Assembly (NCBI GenBank): GCA_963581795.1
Contig: CAUZOU010000001.1
Span: 1-41,197 of the forward strand
DNA from: Dehalococcoidia bacterium
Lineage (GTDB): Bacteria; Chloroflexota; Dehalococcoidia; Lucifugimonadales; UBA2985
Direction: 5' to 3'
Length of the DNA: 41,197 bases
Under the pieces are notes generated by a model. That model saw only the letters and a program-made list of their open reading frames with translations, did not search any database and was not told where the DNA came from. Below are positions 36,602-41,197 of this stretch, one piece after another (the stretch's first letter is position 1; each line of letters opens with the position of its first letter). Both the position numbers and the translations under genes were made by a program.

Positions 36602-36629
36602 AGTATCACACAGCACAAGCAAGGGTCAA
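36602..36629 (-). promoter_or_regulatory. promoter TTGACC-16 nt-GATACT with upstream TGT (minus strand) driving the T-box leader
   Basis: Read on the reverse complement, directly after the PAC2 gene stop. Confidence 0.5.
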
Positions 36630-36672
36630 GATTGCAAGGTTGGAACCACAAAAGCAAAGACGGAGACAGACG

Positions 36673-37563
36673 CTACTTGTTGTCGTCCAGTCTCTGGCCA
36701 ATCTCACGCAAGAAACTCTCCACGTCCGGAGCAAGCGGAACGTCATCCTGAACGGGTTCGGGGCTATGCTGGTCGTCGTAGTACTCTTCCAATTGGGAAA
36801 TAAGGGCCTTGACCTGTGAGTTACCCCCCACCTGAGACCCCATTTCCTGGTATTGCTCAGTACCTTTGCCCGTCTCTGCTAGGTCAGCAGGGAAGTCATA
36901 AAGGGCGCACAGAACCTGCATAAGCCGTGCCGTCCCTGCAAAGTCCTCTTCAAGGCTCAAATAGTGGGGCAGATGCACCATGAAATTGATCATTTCCGTA
37001 CCCAGCTTCTCAAGTTCCTCTGTCAAAGAATTCATGATGCTGGTTGGGCCTTGGTATCCCCCGTTTGCCTGGCGCGGCGTTATGAGACCGGCCATGCCCG
37101 GCATTTTCTCCAGTTCAGGAGAGCCTGTAACTCGAAGTGGCCGTGTATGCGGGACAGCGTTGTACATTCCGCTTATGCGACAGTAGCGCTTTATGTTCAA
37201 CGCCTTGAGAAGCTCCACCACCGACTTAACGTATCTCTCTGCAAAGGCGTGAGGCTCCATTAGATGGATAAAAAGGAAATCTGGGCCGTCTGTTCCAAGC
37301 GCGTAGTATATATTCGTGTTGGGGATCACTATCTCGCGGCGACCCTCTACAAACCGTGAAGTAGGGCGATAACGGGTGAAGTCGAAAAAGTTACCGGGAC
37401 GGTGCAGCTTTCCAAGTTCCTTGGCGTCAAAATGACTTTCCAGTCTCTCCAATGCCATAGTGCCTACACTGCCAGCGTCTACCCATGGATGGAGGATGGT
37501 AATTGCATGGAGATCCTTAAACTCTGGAAGGGGTTCTGGAATATCAAATGCGCCTATTCTCAT
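36673..37563 (-). CDS. PAC2 (proteasome assembly chaperone 2-like) family protein
   Basis: MRIGAFDIPEP...ITILHPWVDAGSVGTMALERLE resembles the PAC2 N-terminal motif. Start at ATG 37563 rather than the ORF-track 37665. Confidence 0.75.
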   Translation of the reverse strand: MRIGAFDIPEPLPEFKDLHAITILHPWVDAGSVGTMALERLESHFDAKELGKLHRPGNFFDFTRYRPTSRFVEGRREIVIPNTNIYYALGTDGPDFLFIHLMEPHAFAERYVKSVVELLKALNIKRYCRISGMYNAVPHTRPLRVTGSPELEKMPGMAGLITPRQANGGYQGPTSIMNSLTEELEKLGTEMINFMVHLPHYLSLEEDFAGTARLMQVLCALYDFPADLAETGKGTEQYQEMGSQVGGNSQVKALISQLEEYYDDQHSPEPVQDDVPLAPDVESFLREIGQRLDDNK

Positions 37564-37743
37564 GGGGCATATTTTCCCACAACGAAAAGATTTTAGCAAA
37601 CAAACTAAGGGAGTAAACAGGATTATATGGGGTGTCACAACGGATTCTGCGACTTCGACTGTCACCTGAATCCCTCATAAAGCATCCCTACAACTCAAGG
37701 CCTATCCAATAAGACACGGTGCGTCACCCATACTCTTACTCAA

Positions 37744-37772
37744 TTGACTCGTAAGTTATTCGATGGTAGATT
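37744..37772 (+). promoter_or_regulatory. promoter TTGACT-17 nt-TAGATT
   Basis: Hexamers read directly, about 120 nt upstream of the zinc-ribbon gene. The leader contains an 8-bp hairpin, CATTCTAA/TTAGAATG. Confidence 0.45.
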
Positions 37773-37894
37773 CACTCTAATTGCATTCTAAAGTACCAGA
37801 TTAGAATGTCGCTCCAATGCTCGAAGTTGGGCCGGGCCTTAGATCACCTTTAGGTCGCATAAGCCGCCTGAAAGACCTAGGAGGACTTCTAACA

Positions 37895-38164
37895 TTGAGT
37901 GATAGGAACTTGGTATGCCGAGAATGCGGATCCGAATTCCTCTTCACCGAAGGTGAGCAGGAGTTCTACCAGAAACGGGGACTTCTCAACGAACCCAACC
38001 GCTGCCCCGATTGCCGCGCCGCCAGCCGCCGCTCTCAGAACAATGAGGGAGGGCCACGCCCGATGCACTCAATAATCTATGCATCATGCGGCAAAGAAGC
38101 GGAAGTGCCATTCCAGCCACGGCTTGATAGGCCTTGTGTACTGCAACGAGTGCTTCACCGCTGA
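37895..38164 (+). CDS. double zinc-ribbon protein (CxxCG..FxFTxGEQEFY type) with a damaged second ribbon
   Basis: LVCRECGSEFLFTEGEQEFYQKRGLLNEPNRCPDCR, then SCGKEAEVPFQPRLDRP. TTG 37895 lies 9 nt after AGGAGGA. The expected ending VYCNECF is in the +1 frame, which stops at 38178-38180. Confidence 0.7.
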   Translation: MSDRNLVCRECGSEFLFTEGEQEFYQKRGLLNEPNRCPDCRAASRRSQNNEGGPRPMHSIIYASCGKEAEVPFQPRLDRPCVLQRVLHR

Positions 38165-38227
38165 GAGAGCCGCAAGATAGCGGACTAGGCACTACCTACT
38201 ACCTTTAATGAGAAGGATATTTGGCTT

Positions 38228-38295
38228 CTGGATGTTCGGGGGTTAGTTGGCGTGGTTTCGGCAATGCCCCCGACATCCAGCTTTGGTTGTTTTTT
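38228..38295 (+). terminator. intrinsic terminator after the zinc-ribbon gene
   Basis: Stem of about 14 bp, CTGGATGT(T)CGGGGG / CCCCCGACATCCAG, with a 24-nt loop, followed by CTTTGGTTGTTTTTT. Confidence 0.6.
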
Positions 38296-38305
38296 AGAAT
38301 TTTGG

Positions 38306-38334
38306 TTTACTCCGCGGGCGTCCTGTGCTATAAT
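38306..38334 (+). promoter_or_regulatory. promoter TTTACT-17 nt-TATAAT with extended TG, for rpsO
   Basis: Read directly. The -10 ends 33 nt before the rpsO ATG. Confidence 0.55.
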
Positions 38335-38367
38335 CCTGCCGAAGAATAGAGAAAGGTAACAAAATAA

Positions 38368-38634
38368 ATGCAGGGGACGGAGAGGAAGCAGGACCTTATA
38401 AGGGAGTACCAGACAAGAGAGGGTGATACCGGATCCACTGGGGTGCAAATAGCCCTACTTACAGAGCGGATAAATCACCTCACTGCTCACCTCAGGGTAC
38501 ACCGCAAAGATTATCATTGTCTCCGTGGACTTATGAAACTGGTAGGTCAGCGACGACGGTTGCTTCGCTATCTAAGGAAAGAAGATAGCAACCGCTACAT
38601 GGAACTGACAACCAGTCTTCTCATTCGGAGATAG
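38368..38634 (+). CDS. rpsO: 30S ribosomal protein S15
   Basis: [51 protein letters not shown] is the S15 signature. Confidence 0.95.
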   Translation: MQGTERKQDLIREYQTREGDTGSTGVQIALLTERINHLTAHLRVHRKDYHCLRGLMKLVGQRRRLLRYLRKEDSNRYMELTTSLLIRR

Positions 38635-38663
38635 CACCCGATGGCGGGTGCTCTTTCTTTATT
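38633..38663 (+). terminator. rpsO terminator/attenuator hairpin
   Basis: AGCACCCG-ATGG-CGGGTGCT followed by CTTTCTTTATT. Confidence 0.65.
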
Positions 38664-38703
38664 CTCCCCAAGTGTTGATTAGCTAGAGGAGGATATTTTC
38701 ATT

Positions 38704-40779
38704 TTGATTCACAATAAAAGCAGTGAGATAGCTGGTCGCCAACTCACCATTGAAACCGGCAAGCTGGCAAATCAAGCAGGCGGTTCCGTAACCATCAGAT
38801 ACGGTGACACAATTCTGCTCGTCACCGCCTGCGCTGCACCCAATGCAAGGGAGGGCATTGACTTCCTGCCCCTTACCATAGACTACGAGGAACGCCTGTA
38901 CGCCGCTGGGAAAATCCCAGGCAGCTTCTTCAAGAGAGAGGGACGGCCGACCGAAATCGGAACTTTGGCCGCCCGAATGACAGACCGACCCTTGAGACCC
39001 CTTTTCCCAAAGGGACTCCACAACGAGATACAGGTAATCGTAACCGTTCTTTCCGCAGACCAGGAGAACGATCCCGGCGTCCTTGGTATAATAGGGGCGT
39101 CCGCGGCCTTGAGCCTGTCAGATGTGCCGTTCGACGGACCAGTTAGCGCCACAAAGCTCGGCTACATAAACGGAGAGATTGTCGTCAATCCCACCTTCGC
39201 CCAGTTGCAAGAAAGCAAACTTGACCTTGTGGTCGCAGGCACCAAAGACGCTATAGCAATGATTGAGGCTGGGGCCTCCGAAGTGAGTGAAGATGTAATC
39301 ATTGAAGCGGTCAAGCGCGGCCAGGAAACCAACCAGCAGATAGTCGCACTTCAACAAGAGTTGATTGATCTGGCAGCAAAACCCAAAATGACCCTGTCCC
39401 TTGATGGCCAGGTTGAGGATGAGTTGGTGGATAAGATATCATCCAACCTCGGAGATAGACTACAGCCCACCATCTTCACCAACAGAGAGAAGGGTGAAAG
39501 GGACGGATCTCTGGACGCATTGGGAGCGGATGTCGCGGCTCAACTGGGGGATGAGTACTCTCCGCAGAAAGTACGCGCTGCATTTGAAGCCCTGGTCAAG
39601 AAACAGGTCAGGTCAGGAATAGTACACGGCGGACACCGCCCGGACGGACGCCAACCCAAAGAAATGCGGCCAATAAGCTGTGAGACTTCAATCTTGCCAC
39701 GCACCCACGGCACAGGTCTCTTCAGCCGCGGACAGACTCAAGTGCTTACCATTGCTACCCTTGGTTCTATGGCAGAGACTCAGAAACTCGATACCATAAA
39801 CCCGGATCAGAGCAAGAGATACCTGCACCACTATAACTTCCCTCCATACTCAGTAGGCGAAGTGAGAAGAGTGGGCGGACCCGGACGACGAGAAATAGGA
39901 CACGGCGCTCTCGCGGAGCGTGCCCTCCTCCCCGTTATACCAACCGAAGAAGAGTTCCCATACACCATCCGTCTGGTATCGGAGTCTCTCAGTTCCAACG
40001 GCAGCACCTCCATGGCCAGCGTGTGTGGCAGTACCCTGGCCCTGATGGATGCGGGCATACCAATCAAAGCACCTGTGGCAGGTATAGCAATGGGGCTGGT
40101 CATGACCGAGGATGACAAGTACGTCATCCTGACAGACATCCAAGGGGTTGAAGATGCCCTCGGCGACATGGACTTCAAAGTGGCCGGCACAGCCCAGGGG
40201 ATCACCGCCCTTCAGATGGATATTAAAATCAAGGGAATAACTTACTCCATAATGGAGGAGGCTCTGCAGCAGGCTAAAGAGGCCCGCATGTTCGTACTGG
40301 AGCGTATAGTAGAGACCCTGGCCGAGCCAAGAACTGAGTTGAGCCAGTATGCCCCACGTATGCTGAGAATAAGTATCCCCGTGGACAAGATTGGCGCAGT
40401 CATCGGGCCCGGTGGAAAGACCATACGCTCCATCATAGAGGACACCAAGGCCACCATAAATGTTGATAACGACGGCACAGTAACCATAGGTTCCGTAAGC
40501 CAGGAGGCGGCCCAGAAGGCAGTTGAGCGCATAGAGGGGCTGACCAAAGAGGCAGAGATTGGTGCCATATACACCGGAAAAGTCGTCCGAGTGATGAACT
40601 TCGGCGCCTTTGTGGAGATTTTGCCGGGCAAGGACGGGCTTGTCCACATCAGCGAACTCTCAAATGAACGTGTTGAATCGGTGGAGGACGTGGTAAAGGT
40701 CGGAGACGAGATCACCGTCGTGGTCAGAGAAATCGACTCCATGGGGCGCATAAACCTCTCACGGCGCGCGCTTCTATAG
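38704..40779 (+). CDS. pnp: polyribonucleotide nucleotidyltransferase (PNPase)
   Basis: Two RNase PH domains (GKLANQAGGSV, GRREIGHGALAERAL), then KH (IGAVIGPGGKTIR) and S1 (GKVVRVMNFGAFVEI). TTG start after GAGGAGGA. Confidence 0.96.
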   Translation: MIHNKSSEIAGRQLTIETGKLANQAGGSVTIRYGDTILLVTACAAPNAREGIDFLPLTIDYEERLYAAGKIPGSFFKREGRPTEIGTLAARMTDRPLRPLFPKGLHNEIQVIVTVLSADQENDPGVLGIIGASAALSLSDVPFDGPVSATKLGYINGEIVVNPTFAQLQESKLDLVVAGTKDAIAMIEAGASEVSEDVIIEAVKRGQETNQQIVALQQELIDLAAKPKMTLSLDGQVEDELVDKISSNLGDRLQPTIFTNREKGERDGSLDALGADVAAQLGDEYSPQKVRAAFEALVKKQVRSGIVHGGHRPDGRQPKEMRPISCETSILPRTHGTGLFSRGQTQVLTIATLGSMAETQKLDTINPDQSKRYLHHYNFPPYSVGEVRRVGGPGRREIGHGALAERALLPVIPTEEEFPYTIRLVSESLSSNGSTSMASVCGSTLALMDAGIPIKAPVAGIAMGLVMTEDDKYVILTDIQGVEDALGDMDFKVAGTAQGITALQMDIKIKGITYSIMEEALQQAKEARMFVLERIVETLAEPRTELSQYAPRMLRISIPVDKIGAVIGPGGKTIRSIIEDTKATINVDNDGTVTIGSVSQEAAQKAVERIEGLTKEAEIGAIYTGKVVRVMNFGAFVEILPGKDGLVHISELSNERVESVEDVVKVGDEITVVVREIDSMGRINLSRRALL

Positions 40780-40907
40780 CAGTCAGGGCATCACGGAGAC
40801 TCAAACCCAAATGATTCAGAATCCGGAGATTCCAGGGAAGACCGGATGTCGCGGTTTTCGAACCGTCCCGCTAGGCACACGTGATCCTCGAAACTTCAGG
40901 TGAGAAG

Positions 40908-41197
40908 ATGGCGTCGATAAAAGTCCTTATTCATGGAGTCACTGGGAAAATGGGGAGAGAAGTGCTGGCCGCGGTCAACCGCGAGCCGAACATGGAACCT
41001 GTCGTAGGTATAGCAAAAAACGCCACCGCCGACTACCTCCAGCTTCCAGACGACTCTGGGTGTATCCCGTTCTCCTCAGACCTCGAGATCGCCTTGGGAA
41101 CCTACAAGCCAGACGTCATGGTCGACTTCACCAACGCCGAGGCATCCCTTACCGCATGCCGCATGGCGGCGGCCAGTGGAGTCAGCCTTGTTATCGG
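40908..41197 (+). CDS. dapB: 4-hydroxy-tetrahydrodipicolinate reductase, 5' part (runs off the window)
   Basis: MASIKVLIHGVTGKMGREVLAAV (NAD-binding GxxGxxG) ...DVMVDFTNAEA. ATG 40908 after AGGTGAG. Confidence 0.85.
   Translation, partial: MASIKVLIHGVTGKMGREVLAAVNREPNMEPVVGIAKNATADYLQLPDDSGCIPFSSDLEIALGTYKPDVMVDFTNAEASLTACRMAAASGVSLVI

Noticed and set aside
39850-40751. 265-aa and 169-aa ORFs antisense to pnp
   Set aside because: These are typical shadow ORFs inside a strongly supported gene. The same applies to 29751-30419 in uvrB, 16261-16725 in rpoD, 10543-11007 in plsC and 11750-12217 in glmS.
40840-40885. Small hairpins after pnp (ATCCGG...CCGGAT and CGGTT-TTCG-AACCG)
   Set aside because: The stems are short and lack a U-tract, which is not enough to call a terminator or processing site.

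Overview
This is a chromosomal, mostly housekeeping segment. The T-box leader, strong TTGACA/TATAAT promoters and gene content suggest a Terrabacteria-type genome, perhaps Chloroflexota-like, but the phylum cannot be proven from this window. Core genes are aroA, gmk, pyrF, a DUF951 gene, cmk, plsC, glmS, dnaG-rpoD, fabI, uvrB, yebC, rpsP-KH-rimM, a cysteine synthase, cimA, rpsO-pnp and the start of dapB. There are six tRNA genes: a five-gene cluster plus tRNA-Arg(TCT). Five less ordinary regions sit between the core genes. (1) A visibly AT-richer islet of about 4.4 kb lies between tRNA-Leu(TAA) and pyrF. It is built from re-used promoter, leader and signal-peptide cassettes fused to TPR, zinc-ribbon, DUF805 and gluzincin modules, and it contains several decayed copies and an att-like repeat of the tRNA 3' end. 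(2) A scar directly downstream of glmS contains a serine-recombinase fragment between direct repeats and a perfect 21-bp hairpin, followed by a cN-IA-type 5'-nucleotidase gene. (3) A 6-phosphofructokinase gene is disrupted many times. (4) A membrane protein-DUF58-transglutaminase-MoxR operon encodes a transglutaminase core with Gly where the catalytic Cys is expected, and it is followed by an orphan peptide-ABC permease. (5) A two-gene operon of uncharacterised membrane proteins sits at the window centre. A T-box riboswitch with a probable Ile specifier precedes cimA. I found no CRISPR array, rRNA, or intact integrase or transposase. All calls come from manual reading and recognition of motifs in the translations; no database search was run.
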